Origin: Acinetobacter phage ABPH49 | Sequence record: MH533020.1 | Length of the DNA stretch: 64,000 bases | Direction: 5' to 3' (one strand) | Shown here: in pieces, positions 9,463 to 19,808 of the stretch | Numbering within the stretch: the stretch's first letter is position 1 | How the letters are laid out: every line of letters starts with the position of its first letter | Program-made: the position numbers and the translations under genes | The notes under the pieces: model-generated | What the model was told of the DNA's origin: nothing | The model's database searches: none | Seen by the model: the letters and a program-made list of their open reading frames with translations, nothing else

Positions 9463-12348
9463 TTAGTAGTTCGGTCCAAGGGTTCCGATGAACTCTGTTC
9501 CGTCCCACAGCATAACGATCACAGTCTTGCTGTCACCGAGGGTCGGTTGTGAACCACCTGACCATTTGACGTTGGCAGGCCACGTAATGGCACCGGCTTT
9601 GCCTTTGATCACAATAGTCAGCGGGAGCATGTACTCTGAGGTCGGAACGTTTGTGAACGTAACGTCCTTGGCAGCGCTGCCTGTGTTGTCCAGAGTGAAT
9701 GCAACAGTCTGTCGGCTCAGGTCGATAACCGGAGTCGTTGTGTTGACTACCGCTACCTTTTGTGCTTGAGTCTCATCAACCCATGCGCCATCCAAACGAA
9801 CTTTGCGTTTACCGTCTGCCGAAGCATCATAAACGTTACCACCGCCGATGTGCCCCTGAGAGGCCCATTCAGTAGCGGATACCTTACGCCAGTATTCCAG
9901 CGTATTCTTGTTCAGGAAGATGTCACCGACTTGCTGTCCGTCAGTTGGTTGAGGATCGCGAGGAAGAACAACCCAGATATTACCCTGATCGCCCTTGTCG
10001 CCCTTGGCTCCTTTCTCACCGACAGGCCCTTGTGAACCAGTCAGACCACGGATACCCTGATCACCTTTCGGCCCTTGGATAGGTCCGACGTTCTCATAAG
10101 CTGATCCTGTCCACACCCAGAAGTCCTGACCGATGATATAACCTTCACCGAGGGTACCGGTTGAAGGAAGCTCACCTTCGTTGTCCTTCTTGCCGAGAAC
10201 CTTAACCCCTGCGCCCTGTTCACCTTTCTCGCCCTGGGGGCCTTCTGGCCCAGTGTCGCCTTTAGGTCCCTGCTCTCCGCGTTCGCCTGTATCGCCTTTA
10301 GCGCCGTTCTGTCCGGCAGGTCCTACGTCGCCCTTCGGTCCCTGAATGGATCCGATATTGGCCCAAGCAGTGCCGTTCCAGACGTATCCGATACCGTTGA
10401 CTGTCCACATGTCTCCATCGGTGTTCCCTGTTGCCGGGAGATCATCGATAGTAGGCTTGGTGCCTTTCGGCTTGAGAGCTGCACCGGCGTCACCTTTGTC
10501 GCCTTTCGGACCTTGAGGTCCTTGGGTACCATCAGCACCTTTCGGTCCGGCGTCGCCTTTCAGGCCTTGAACGCCGCGCTCACCTGTGTCACCCTTATCG
10601 CCTTTGGCTCCCGGTGCCCCGTCTTTACCAGCAGGGCCGACGATAGGGCCTTGGTTTCTCCAGTCACCATCAGACCAGACGTACAGGTTACCAGCGACGA
10701 TATAGGCATCGCCATCGACGTTACCATCGGTAGGGAGGTCAGACGGTTGGTCCTTGGTGCCTTTTACTCCAACACCTTTGCCGACGTCGCCTTTTTCACC
10801 CTTCTCGCCGTTAAGCCCGCGAGGACCCTGAAGACCTTGTGGCCCTTGAGCGCCGGTGGCTCCACGAAGGCCTTGCTCGCCTCTGGCTCCCTGAGGGCCT
10901 TGTGCGCCTGTTGCGCCAGTATCGCCCTTTGGCCCACGGATTGGTCCGTAGTTTTCCCATGCGGTTCCTGTCCATCCGAAGACGTCAGTGCCGACAACCC
11001 ATGCATCGCCAATCTGGTTTCCACTCGAAGGAAGATCTCCCTCGGATGCCTTAGAACCTTTCAGATTTAGAACGTTGGCGTTGGTACCTGCGGCACCAGT
11101 ATCACCTTTGTCACCCTTGGCTCCGGTGTCACCTTTTGGACCCTTGATGGCATTCAAGAAGTCGGTTACGGTACCGGTATTGCCATCTGCCAACCAAACT
11201 TGGTATGCTGATTTACCTTCAGGACCCACCTGACCAACTGGTGACCACTTCTGAGTATCCCACACCCACATCTGCTCGTCAACGATGTACGCATCGCCTG
11301 ACTGGTTGCCAGTGCTTGGCAGCTGGTTAACGTTGTCGAATGATCCGAGGATCCTCAGGCCAATGCCGTCTTTACCTCTGATCGAAACAAGCCACTCGTC
11401 AACGGTTCCTTGGAAGCCTTCCTGAACTGCGACTTCATAGGCCGAACGACCATCAGGTCCTATGAAGGATCCGAGGTCTTCCCACGCAGGGGTGCCGGAG
11501 CGGGTGATCTTGGTCCAGAAGTGACCGTCGATGACAAAGGTATCGCCCTCGGCGTAGTCGGCCACTGGCGGAAGGTCAGACACGTTAGACAGCGTATCGA
11601 GGACACGAATCCCCAGACCGATGTCGCCCTTGTCTCCCTTCGGACCCGGGGCACCCGGATCGCCTTTAAGACCTTGTTCGCCACGGTCGCCTTTATCACC
11701 TTTGTCGCCCTTGACGCCCTGATCACCTTTGATGTTCTCAACGAAGATACCATCAGGTTTGATTTCGATCTTGTTTGTTGGATCCTGAGAAACTTTAGTC
11801 TCTTGTGGACGAACATACAAGCCGCCATCAGGTTTAATCTCGAGGGTGTTGTCAAGGATGCTTGAGACGTTGACAGCGAGGCCTTTGTCTGTTACCTTCA
11901 GTGCGTTCTTGTCGTTCTGGGCATCAACCACTACTTCGAGGCTCGACTTGCTGAGATCAGAACTCACTGACTTGACGACGATTGTTTTGTTTGGAGAGGT
12001 TGCACGGTCGTGCAGTGGTGCGGAGAACAAGCCTTCGACGGCTGGGTCGCTACTGGTGATCTTGACGATCGTGTTGCCTGCTCTTGCAGAAACCTTAGGC
12101 TCAGTAGGTGCGACGTAAATGCCAGCATCCTCGCCTGAATTGATAGATTGAACTTGGTTCTGAGCCTTCTTTGAGACTTTTACAGAACCCATCAGTGGTG
12201 CGTCTTGAGTACCGTCACCAACCAACTGGATAGTGGCTGTGTCTTTCGTTACGATACCGGAGAAATCACCACCACCAGACTGGGCAGAGGCTTTCGGTAC
12301 ATCAACGATCACTTCCACGACTTTGTCCTCGTATTCGTTAAGCATCAT
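9463..12348 (-). CDS. large collagen-like fibre protein
   Basis: 961 aa; numerous G-X-Y collagen tracts (GPKGDTGATGAQGPQG..., GDKGDKGDRGEQGLKGDPGAPGPKGDKGD...) separated by globular segments. Confidence 0.7.
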   Translation of the reverse strand: MMLNEYEDKVVEVIVDVPKASAQSGGGDFSGIVTKDTATIQLVGDGTQDAPLMGSVKVSKKAQNQVQSINSGEDAGIYVAPTEPKVSARAGNTIVKITSSDPAVEGLFSAPLHDRATSPNKTIVVKSVSSDLSKSSLEVVVDAQNDKNALKVTDKGLAVNVSSILDNTLEIKPDGGLYVRPQETKVSQDPTNKIEIKPDGIFVENIKGDQGVKGDKGDKGDRGEQGLKGDPGAPGPKGDKGDIGLGIRVLDTLSNVSDLPPVADYAEGDTFVIDGHFWTKITRSGTPAWEDLGSFIGPDGRSAYEVAVQEGFQGTVDEWLVSIRGKDGIGLRILGSFDNVNQLPSTGNQSGDAYIVDEQMWVWDTQKWSPVGQVGPEGKSAYQVWLADGNTGTVTDFLNAIKGPKGDTGAKGDKGDTGAAGTNANVLNLKGSKASEGDLPSSGNQIGDAWVVGTDVFGWTGTAWENYGPIRGPKGDTGATGAQGPQGARGEQGLRGATGAQGPQGLQGPRGLNGEKGEKGDVGKGVGVKGTKDQPSDLPTDGNVDGDAYIVAGNLYVWSDGDWRNQGPIVGPAGKDGAPGAKGDKGDTGERGVQGLKGDAGPKGADGTQGPQGPKGDKGDAGAALKPKGTKPTIDDLPATGNTDGDMWTVNGIGYVWNGTAWANIGSIQGPKGDVGPAGQNGAKGDTGERGEQGPKGDTGPEGPQGEKGEQGAGVKVLGKKDNEGELPSTGTLGEGYIIGQDFWVWTGSAYENVGPIQGPKGDQGIRGLTGSQGPVGEKGAKGDKGDQGNIWVVLPRDPQPTDGQQVGDIFLNKNTLEYWRKVSATEWASQGHIGGGNVYDASADGKRKVRLDGAWVDETQAQKVAVVNTTTPVIDLSRQTVAFTLDNTGSAAKDVTFTNVPTSEYMLPLTIVIKGKAGAITWPANVKWSGGSQPTLGDSKTVIVMLWDGTEFIGTLGPNY

Positions 12349-12383
12349 CTCTCCTTTTGTGGCCCCGAAGGGCCACTATTTCA

Positions 12384-12998
12384 TTACGCGGTCAGGTGTG
12401 CCTTCAAGTCTTCCAGCATTCCATCAAACGTCTTACCACGGCTCAGGGAAGCGCCATGCTTCAGGCCGAACTCTTCCAGAGCAGTCTTCGCTGCTGCTTT
12501 CGCCGAGTCATTACGCAGTGCTTCGGCTTCCGCCATGATCGCATCCACATCCACACCAGCCTTAGGCTCAGTAGGCTCTGCATCTTCAACCGGAGCTGGG
12601 TCTACTACCGGGGCAGGGGTCGGCTCTGGATCTTCCTGCTTGACACCTTCACCCTCTGCTGGTAGGCTTGTAGTCAACAGGCTGGCAGTGCTTACCGGGG
12701 TGCTGTTCTGAACGAACTCTGCTGCATCCTTCGGTTTTTGGTTGAAGAAGATCACGTAGGTGTTGAAACGGATCGTGGAAGTTTTGACATCGATACCCAG
12801 ACCGGTCAGTGCTTCCATTTCAGTCAGGAACTGCCATACGTGGCGAGTGGTGTGCAGCTTACCATCGTAAACGTAAACGCCCGGTACCATGCGAGCTGAA
12901 GCCATCACGTCCAGTTTAGGAAGGTATTTGCCGAAGAATTTCAGCATTTGGAATTCGGAGTTGAAGCGCTCGTAGTGAGCATTAGTCGTCTTTGACAT
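12384..12998 (-). CDS. hypothetical structural protein (Pro/Glu/Ala-rich C-terminal linker)
   Basis: 204 aa between capsid and fibre genes. Confidence 0.4.
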   Translation of the reverse strand: MSKTTNAHYERFNSEFQMLKFFGKYLPKLDVMASARMVPGVYVYDGKLHTTRHVWQFLTEMEALTGLGIDVKTSTIRFNTYVIFFNQKPKDAAEFVQNSTPVSTASLLTTSLPAEGEGVKQEDPEPTPAPVVDPAPVEDAEPTEPKAGVDVDAIMAEAEALRNDSAKAAAKTALEEFGLKHGASLSRGKTFDGMLEDLKAHLTA

Positions 12999-13081
12999 GT
13001 TAACCTCTTGGTGGTTTTGGACCTATCTTATAGGGTACACTAAAATCTTGAAATTGTACACTATCTCGGAATCCAGAAAAG

Positions 13082-13113
13082 AAAAAAGGGAGCCGAATTG
13101 GCTCCCTTTTCTG
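13082..13113. terminator. bidirectional stem-loop terminator GGGAGCC-gaatt-GGCTCCC
   Basis: flanked by A6 and T-run; near-identical copy at 63790-63822. Confidence 0.6.
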
Positions 13114-13117
13114 TACC

Positions 13118-14110
13118 TTACGCGAAGGTGCCGACGGACTTGACAACCAGTTCAGGACGCACGTTAGTGGTCAGGAACGAGGTTTCAGTCTCGACTTTCT
13201 GCTCACGGTTGTAAGCAGATTCTTTGTACCACACGTAGATCTCTTTGGCACGGGTGTTGGCATCGTTCAGGGTGTCAGCTGGTGAGAACCAGATGTCGAA
13301 CATGTCGAAACCACGTGGCAGGATGAACGCTTCACCTGCGGGGATGTTCCCAGAGATGTCTTCGATGAACAGGATGTTCTTGTGCTCGAAGATACGGTTG
13401 TTTGCGTTACCGCCCAGACGACGACGCAGCATTTCCTGAGTCGACGGATAGTTGGCGTAAGCACCAGCTACCAGTGGGTGGTTGATCAGGCCGGTGAACC
13501 ACTGACGAGAGGCCAGAACGATGATCTCGTAGTTGTCGCCGTTGTCGCCAGCTACATCGATGATGTGGCCGCGTGCTTTCGCTTCGATAACGTCCATCGG
13601 GTCGATGGTGTAGTCGGTGAAGTCGATGTCAGCACGTTGCTGAGTCACACCCCAGATGTCGTAGTAGTTGTACTGGCAACGAGGGTCGCTTGGAGCGTGG
13701 CTGAAGCCCATGACCGCAGAGAACATTGCCTTCTCGGTCAGACGGGTGTGGTAACGACGCAGACGCATCATGATGCGGTCCATTTCGTCCTGCACAGTCT
13801 TGGATTCAGACTCGGTACCGTAACGACGGAAGTTCTGAATGTCAGCAGCGTTAACCTGACGGTCCAGAGGGAAGAACGGAACTTCCAGCTGGCGGTTGTC
13901 AGCTCTTTCAGAACCGATGTAGTTACGTGGACCACCACGACGGCGAGCCTCGAAGTCTTCCACACCTTCATGTACGCGGTCCAGCGACACGGTAGTCGTT
14001 GACAGGTAGTGAGGGGTGAACAGGTTCATGTTGGTAATCAACAGGTCCTGACGTGGGGTCAGCTCGATCAGACCAGAGTAATCGAGGATTTGAAATTCAC
14101 CATTACGCAT
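13118..14110 (-). CDS. major capsid protein (HK97-fold size class)
   Basis: 330 aa, downstream of scaffold in terminase-portal-scaffold-capsid order; AGGAGAT RBS. Confidence 0.5.
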   Translation of the reverse strand: MRNGEFQILDYSGLIELTPRQDLLITNMNLFTPHYLSTTTVSLDRVHEGVEDFEARRRGGPRNYIGSERADNRQLEVPFFPLDRQVNAADIQNFRRYGTESESKTVQDEMDRIMMRLRRYHTRLTEKAMFSAVMGFSHAPSDPRCQYNYYDIWGVTQQRADIDFTDYTIDPMDVIEAKARGHIIDVAGDNGDNYEIIVLASRQWFTGLINHPLVAGAYANYPSTQEMLRRRLGGNANNRIFEHKNILFIEDISGNIPAGEAFILPRGFDMFDIWFSPADTLNDANTRAKEIYVWYKESAYNREQKVETETSFLTTNVRPELVVKSVGTFA

Positions 14111-14136
14111 TTAAAATATCTCCTGTTGATGTTCGA

Positions 14137-14565
14137 TTATGGTTTCGCGTAGCCGTAAGTGCCGAAGTAGTGCTTGGTCACGTGGTTATTACCAGCGTCT
14201 TCCAGAGCTTCAGCGGCAGCGTCGGTGATGGCAGTGCCATCGGCGAAGCACAGTGCGTAGAAGTTGAAGGTCACGCCTTTGATCGCTGTGTTGAATGCGT
14301 ATTTCTCGCCTTCGATCAGCTCAACGCGATCCAGATCCACACCCGGCAGCAGGTCGCGGTCAACCAGAACGCCGTAAGCTTTGGCAGCGTCGCCCGGTGC
14401 TACCGGAACGCCAGTTTTGTCAACCAGCATACCTGCACGCAGGGTTTTGGCGAAAGTGACTTGCAGTTCACGGAAGTTAAACCCGCGATCGCTTGAGTCA
14501 ACAACGCCGAGTACGATGTCGGAATATTTGCCTTCCAACGCGCGAACTTTTACATTGATAGCCAT
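14137..14565 (-). CDS. head protein (decoration / minor capsid)
   Basis: 142 aa between scaffold and capsid. Confidence 0.35.
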   Translation of the reverse strand: MAINVKVRALEGKYSDIVLGVVDSSDRGFNFRELQVTFAKTLRAGMLVDKTGVPVAPGDAAKAYGVLVDRDLLPGVDLDRVELIEGEKYAFNTAIKGVTFNFYALCFADGTAITDAAAEALEDAGNNHVTKHYFGTYGYAKP

Positions 14566-15692
14566 TTCTCAGTCTCTCCTGTTGGATTATTTGGCAGCTT
14601 TGGCGGCTTCAGCGCGAGCTTGATGATTTCGTCCAGCTTCTGTTGGGCGGTCAGCTCACCGGTAGCGGCTTTGTTCAGCTCACCATCAGCACCGACTTCT
14701 TTACCGTCAGCAAAGGACTTTTTGACTTCTGCGATTTCAGCATCTTTCGCAGCCAGAGCCGCTTGTGCTTTTTCCAGCAGGTCCAGAACCAGTTTGCTCT
14801 CAGCAGATTTCATCAGCATATCGGCGACTGGCTCACGCTGGTCTTCAGCGATGAACGCCATACCGGCAGCTTTGTTTACCAGAACTTCACGACGTGCTTC
14901 GTTGTGAGCCTTGATGATTTCTTCAGCCTTTGCTTCTTTCTCGGCAGCGGCGCTCTTCATCAGTTCGAGCTGGGCCTGCAAGTCTTGGAACTCTTTAGAC
15001 TTGGTAATGTCGAAAGCAACAGGGGCTTCAGTTTGGTTTTTGTCCACAGGTTTCTCCTTCGTTTTATTGAGGTCTTGCTGCTCCAGAGAAGGAGCCTTTG
15101 GTTGTGGCGGAGCCTGAGGGGCCGGAGCTGACGGAGCAGCTGGAACTTCAGGTTCTGCCGGATTCGCAGGGGCTGGCGGCTCAGAGAACACCAGACCGTT
15201 GTCTTCACAACCTTCTTCGAAGGTCTTGCGGATTTGGAAGACTTCGTATTGTTCTTTCAGAGAAAGCTCTTTGCCTTCTTTGGCAGACTTCAGCAGCTCA
15301 ATGCCCTGAGCTTTTTCCTCGATGTACTTCTGGTGTCGTTCGTTCCAGTCTTTATCCCAGTCATCCATCTTGTCGCCGTTTTCTTCCATGTTATACTCGG
15401 CTTCGGTTTGAAGGCCCAGTACCTTGGTCAACAGCTCTGCGTCGTCATACCACATGTCGAAGAAACGACGAAGGAACTCTTGCATACTGACTTTCAGCTG
15501 CACTTGTTCGAGAGACTTCATCATTTCAACGGTGAGAGTGTTAGGATCGATGTCTGACTTAGTCAGCAAGGAGACTGGCCTCAAGTTGGCGCTGTAACCT
15601 TGGTCCTTGTGAGTCAAAGCAATTCCTCGACTCTTGACACGACGACCTTTTTCAATGAAGGTTCTACCCTTCTGGATAAGGACGTTCAACAT
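14550..15692 (-). CDS. scaffolding protein
   Basis: 380 aa, highly charged, coiled-coil and AP-rich (AAPSAPAPQAPPQPKAP), typical scaffold composition. Confidence 0.55.
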   Translation of the reverse strand: MLNVLIQKGRTFIEKGRRVKSRGIALTHKDQGYSANLRPVSLLTKSDIDPNTLTVEMMKSLEQVQLKVSMQEFLRRFFDMWYDDAELLTKVLGLQTEAEYNMEENGDKMDDWDKDWNERHQKYIEEKAQGIELLKSAKEGKELSLKEQYEVFQIRKTFEEGCEDNGLVFSEPPAPANPAEPEVPAAPSAPAPQAPPQPKAPSLEQQDLNKTKEKPVDKNQTEAPVAFDITKSKEFQDLQAQLELMKSAAAEKEAKAEEIIKAHNEARREVLVNKAAGMAFIAEDQREPVADMLMKSAESKLVLDLLEKAQAALAAKDAEIAEVKKSFADGKEVGADGELNKAATGELTAQQKLDEIIKLALKPPKLPNNPTGETEKWLSM

Positions 15693-16270
15693 TATTCTTC
15701 CTCTTCGATTTCGACATTGAAGTTGAGGTTAACCAACTCACCTGTCGACTCAACAACTTCCCCGCCGCACTGGAGGCTCAAGCCGCCGACGACGCCAGCC
15801 TTTTTCAGTTCCCAGATTTCAGGGGTGTACTGAACCTTGGCTACCCACGTACCGGCCTTGATTACTTCGCCAGTTTCTGCTACCGTTACATCGAACTCTT
15901 TCTGAATCCAGTGGTCGACGATCTTGAAGCAGTCAGTATCCTGCTGGTGGAACAGGTTCTCTGTCACAGCACCAAGCGACTGCGCCTTGGCGAAGTCCTC
16001 TTGAGCCTTGGCAAGAGTTTCCTTTGACATCCACTGCCCGTGGGCATCAGGAGTATCTGGCTCGTAGATGACCTCGTAAGAGATCATCTGCTCGACTGGT
16101 TCAGCCGATTTACGAATCAGGACGGAGCCGACAGCCTGCGCCAGAGCGTCTTCTTCAGACTTTCCAGACTTGAGCAAGCTGTTGGCTGTCTTCAGTACGT
16201 GGCTCTTCTGAATGCGAGTCAGCGAAGATACTGAAGGAGGGAGGTCGGAAATAGAATTAAAACTCATCAT
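15692..16270 (-). CDS. head morphogenesis protein (possible prohead protease)
   Basis: 192 aa between portal and scaffold; ATGA-coupled. Confidence 0.3.
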   Translation of the reverse strand: MMSFNSISDLPPSVSSLTRIQKSHVLKTANSLLKSGKSEEDALAQAVGSVLIRKSAEPVEQMISYEVIYEPDTPDAHGQWMSKETLAKAQEDFAKAQSLGAVTENLFHQQDTDCFKIVDHWIQKEFDVTVAETGEVIKAGTWVAKVQYTPEIWELKKAGVVGGLSLQCGGEVVESTGELVNLNFNVEIEEEE

Positions 16271-16287
16271 GTTTCCCCGTGATAGTT

Positions 16288-16316
16288 ATTTTAACACCGT
16301 TTTATGACTATTGCAA
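16288..16316 (-). promoter_or_regulatory. sigma70-like promoter TTGCAA-N17-TGtTAAAAT (minus strand)
   Basis: upstream of 15692-16270. Confidence 0.45.
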
Positions 16317-16336
16317 GGGCTTTCAGTGGCTTGGAA

Positions 16337-17878
16337 TTAATTATCCAAATTTGCCGCTGAATTATCCCTTGATCCTGACATCTTGGCGGTGCCGTTACCT
16401 GAAGTTCCGGCCTTCATTCCGTCCCCGGAGCGACTGGTATCTTCCCCAAAGAGCTTTTGGAACTCCTCGTCGGACATGTCGTCAGGGATGCGGTAATCGA
16501 TGCCCATAACCTCCAGAATCTTGTTGACCACTTCCTTGTTCTTAGGAAGGTAACCAACTGCGCCGATTCGCTGAACAGCTTTCGAGAATTCTTCCATGTT
16601 CACGTCGTTGATCAGGCCAGACTTGACGGAAGGCATATCTTCAGCTGACAGACGAATCCCATTCAGTGCGAGGACCTGAGGGATCAAGTTCTCGTTAACA
16701 GCTTCGAGAATGATCTCAATGTTTCTCTGCACGTAATGTGAGTGGATGGTCTGCTTTGACTCTGACAGGTTGTAAGAACCCTGCTGGTCGTTACCCAAGT
16801 TGATAAAGCCTGCGCCGTAAACGTCGAGGATCGACTTCTTGCGTTGGTTGATCAGGTCTTGAGTGTTATACTGCTTACCGGAACCCTCGATACCCTTCAG
16901 GGTCATGGAGTATTGCGGTGCGCTGTCTTTCATGTCAGACGGCAACATGAAGAAAGCTTGCTCACCGGCGTGGGCGTTAGCAGCATCTTCCATCAGGCCA
17001 CGGACCATCACAGCTTCGTGAGATGTCGGGTCGATGTTTGCTTTGTTCAGGATCTGCGATGGCAGTTTCAACTCAATCACACCGCCGAGGTCTTTGGTTG
17101 CACCAACAACTTCGAGGTTCTCGATGAGGATCTTTTCACGCCATGCACGGTAACATGCCAACAGCGGGGAGACGCCCATAGACAGAGAGTCGTTGCCGCC
17201 AGTGTTCATCACCATCAGTTTTGAAATTGGGATGACAACATCGTCTTTTGATCCTTCTGCAAGGACACTGTCGATGTTGAAAGGCAGCAAGCCCTCGTTG
17301 TAGTTTGTGAACGCTGAACGGCTCTGCTTGATACCCACGACTTCGTTCGAGTCAGTACCGTAGACGAACGGGTTGCGTCTCGACAGGGAGCCTTGTGGGC
17401 GGAATGCCAGCTTCTTGATCTTGAATCGTCCAGCGTACTCGCCGGTCATGATCTGAGTATACACCTTCTCGACTACAGAGAAGCCATATTCGTTGAAAGA
17501 GGCAGCGCTACGTGCAAACTGACGCAGAGTCTGACCTTCCATGTTCTTCAGGCAATACTCGATGAACTCAGCTGCTTCTTTCGAGGCTTGAGATTCACTG
17601 TGCAGAACCTTGAAGTCCTTGAAGGCTTTCTCTACGAAAGTGTAAGTTGCCGTCAGTGCGGCAGATACCGTGGCATCCTGCTTCATTGTTTCTACGGTGC
17701 TGATCAGGTTAGGCCAACGCATTTCCTCAGCCTTCATCCTCTCGACATCGCGCTGGATTTGAGACAGTGCCATCGTGCCCATTGCGGACATTCTCAGACG
17801 ACCGACTGCATCAGCTTCGTTGTTTGCCTTCTGAATTTGCTTCTTCTGCAAACGTTGGGATCTTTTGTTGTTTGACAC
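16337..17878 (-). CDS. portal protein
   Basis: 513 aa directly downstream of large terminase. Confidence 0.65.
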   Translation of the reverse strand: MSNNKRSQRLQKKQIQKANNEADAVGRLRMSAMGTMALSQIQRDVERMKAEEMRWPNLISTVETMKQDATVSAALTATYTFVEKAFKDFKVLHSESQASKEAAEFIEYCLKNMEGQTLRQFARSAASFNEYGFSVVEKVYTQIMTGEYAGRFKIKKLAFRPQGSLSRRNPFVYGTDSNEVVGIKQSRSAFTNYNEGLLPFNIDSVLAEGSKDDVVIPISKLMVMNTGGNDSLSMGVSPLLACYRAWREKILIENLEVVGATKDLGGVIELKLPSQILNKANIDPTSHEAVMVRGLMEDAANAHAGEQAFFMLPSDMKDSAPQYSMTLKGIEGSGKQYNTQDLINQRKKSILDVYGAGFINLGNDQQGSYNLSESKQTIHSHYVQRNIEIILEAVNENLIPQVLALNGIRLSAEDMPSVKSGLINDVNMEEFSKAVQRIGAVGYLPKNKEVVNKILEVMGIDYRIPDDMSDEEFQKLFGEDTSRSGDGMKAGTSGNGTAKMSGSRDNSAANLDN

Positions 17879-17893
17879 GGTATCTCCTAAGTG

Positions 17894-19399
17894 TTATCTT
17901 CTTCTTCTTGAAGAGAGCAAGGTTGGTGCGGAGATCTTAGGCATGACAACGGCGCGGACAATGTCATACTTCTCCATGTAGTTGATACCAGTGGAGATGC
18001 AGTCGACAAAGTCATCCTTTCGGCTACCGGTCGAACGCAATCCGTCGAACGATTCCAACTCTTTCATGATGGCTTCGTATGTGTCAGGACTGAATGAGTT
18101 CTTCAGGATCTTGACGAAACCGTTCTGAGCCAAGTTGGCGAAAGGTGAGAAGCGTGTAAGCTTCGCCTTGTTGGTGGCCGTTGGGTCCTTCTCCACCATG
18201 TAACCCATGCTGATAAGCTCTCGGGAAGACGTCAGGAACTCTGAGGTACCTGCTTGCCCGGGGTCAACTGGGAAGACGATTACAACGTCTGAACCGTCGT
18301 GCTGGGCCTGTTTCTGGATGATTTTATCTCGCTCACCCGCCTTCTTACAGAACCGGCCCTCTGTGCCTGTGCTCCACTCACCAGTGTCTTTGAACTCTGG
18401 GCAGTAGTCACCAATCAGGATGTAATATCCGTCCTGATCCTTCGCAATCTTAATCCCGGCTGTAAAGTCGGGAGTCTTGTTACCGGTCGAACGCTCTGTT
18501 CCCGCCTTGTCGTATGAACGAACAAAGGTGCAGTTGTCTGGCAGTGTGTAGATGTTCTCGAGGAAGGAACGCTTGAAGTAGTTAGCGCCTTCTGGACGAG
18601 CGTCCCAGTTACCATAGAGCAGTCGTGCACGGTCAACCTCGTTCAAACCTTCCAACTGGGAAAGGTACTCGGGGTTGTTGATCATCATTGGGGGGTTGTC
18701 TTTGATCGTCGAGCTGATGAAGCTGAACGATACTGGACGAATCTTCTTGCCGCCCGGGACCTGATATCTTTCGATCAGTTCTTGGCGAGTGGCTCCCCAC
18801 ATGTATTGGTCATCGATACGGACAAACCATCTGATCACCCCATCCTTTTCAGGATCTGGATAACCCTTCTCGTCTAGATACCAGTCAATCATCTTACGGA
18901 GTTCGTGGTCTGGATCCGGGTTACATGAGATAACCATGCGGCTTGGGTGTCTCGAGTTAGAACGCAGACGAGACATCATGTATTCGAGCTGGGGCCATGT
19001 AAACTGTGTTCCTTCGTCGACACCGATGAAGGTAAATTCCAGACCCTGAATGTTGAATTTGTCAGATTCGTGTTGCATTGACTGCCATTTAACTGTCGCC
19101 CCATTCGGGAACGTGGCAATCATCTCGTTCTCTTTGAACTTCGGCTTGAACTCCGGCGGAAGTTGATTGTAGATGTCCTTGGCCTTGTCGAACAGACCCC
19201 CTTGACCACGGATTTGAGGAACGGTACGACGGAACATGATACATGCTGTACGCGGGTCATCAACAATCAAAAGTGGCATGAGCTGAAGCAGGTAGGACTT
19301 ACCAGAACCCGCAGCACCGCCGATCACAAGGATCTGTGCGTCAGATTCAAGTACCATTTGTTGTTTACGACTCGCCGGAGCAAATGTAGCGGATGCCAT
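17894..19399 (-). CDS. terL: terminase large subunit
   Basis: Walker A GGAAGSGKS, Walker B FIGVDEGTQF, C-terminal nuclease-like region; 501 aa. Confidence 0.9.
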   Translation of the reverse strand: MASATFAPASRKQQMVLESDAQILVIGGAAGSGKSYLLQLMPLLIVDDPRTACIMFRRTVPQIRGQGGLFDKAKDIYNQLPPEFKPKFKENEMIATFPNGATVKWQSMQHESDKFNIQGLEFTFIGVDEGTQFTWPQLEYMMSRLRSNSRHPSRMVISCNPDPDHELRKMIDWYLDEKGYPDPEKDGVIRWFVRIDDQYMWGATRQELIERYQVPGGKKIRPVSFSFISSTIKDNPPMMINNPEYLSQLEGLNEVDRARLLYGNWDARPEGANYFKRSFLENIYTLPDNCTFVRSYDKAGTERSTGNKTPDFTAGIKIAKDQDGYYILIGDYCPEFKDTGEWSTGTEGRFCKKAGERDKIIQKQAQHDGSDVVIVFPVDPGQAGTSEFLTSSRELISMGYMVEKDPTATNKAKLTRFSPFANLAQNGFVKILKNSFSPDTYEAIMKELESFDGLRSTGSRKDDFVDCISTGINYMEKYDIVRAVVMPKISAPTLLSSRRRR

Positions 19400-19452
19400 T
19401 TGGATCTCCAGATGTGAGTTGTGCTAATAGTGAGATTTTACCACGAAACTGG

Positions 19453-19486
19453 ACAAATAAAAGCCCCTATCGCTAGATAAGGGCTT
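19453..19486 (-). terminator. rho-independent terminator
   Basis: AAGCCC...GGGCTT stem + T-run on minus strand after o-spanin. Confidence 0.5.
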
Positions 19487-19499
19487 GACAAGTCTTGTT

Positions 19500-19808
19500 T
19501 TACTTCTTACAGACTGGTCCTGCCGAACCGTCTGGGAACAAATTGCACACGTATTGCTGGAGTGCTTCCGCGTTATTCTCCACCGTGTTGCTTCGAATGT
19601 TGTTGTTTCTCATGACCCCAAGAATCTCCCCATCTGTCATCCCATGTTCCAACTTGGTTTTTGGAGGAAGAGGCTGCATCAGGGCGATATCTGGAGGTGG
19701 AGTAAGGTCTTTCACCTGCACAACTCGTACTGGCGCTGGTGGGGCCTCTGGCTTGGCACAACCGGCCAATGAGAAGGTAATCAACAGGGCTACAAGGTAC
19801 TTTTTCAT
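19500..19808 (-). CDS. o-spanin (Rz1-like outer-membrane lipoprotein)
   Basis: signal peptide with LAGC lipobox, Pro-rich mature region; ATGA overlap with i-spanin. Confidence 0.6.
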   Translation of the reverse strand: MKKYLVALLITFSLAGCAKPEAPPAPVRVVQVKDLTPPPDIALMQPLPPKTKLEHGMTDGEILGVMRNNNIRSNTVENNAEALQQYVCNLFPDGSAGPVCKK

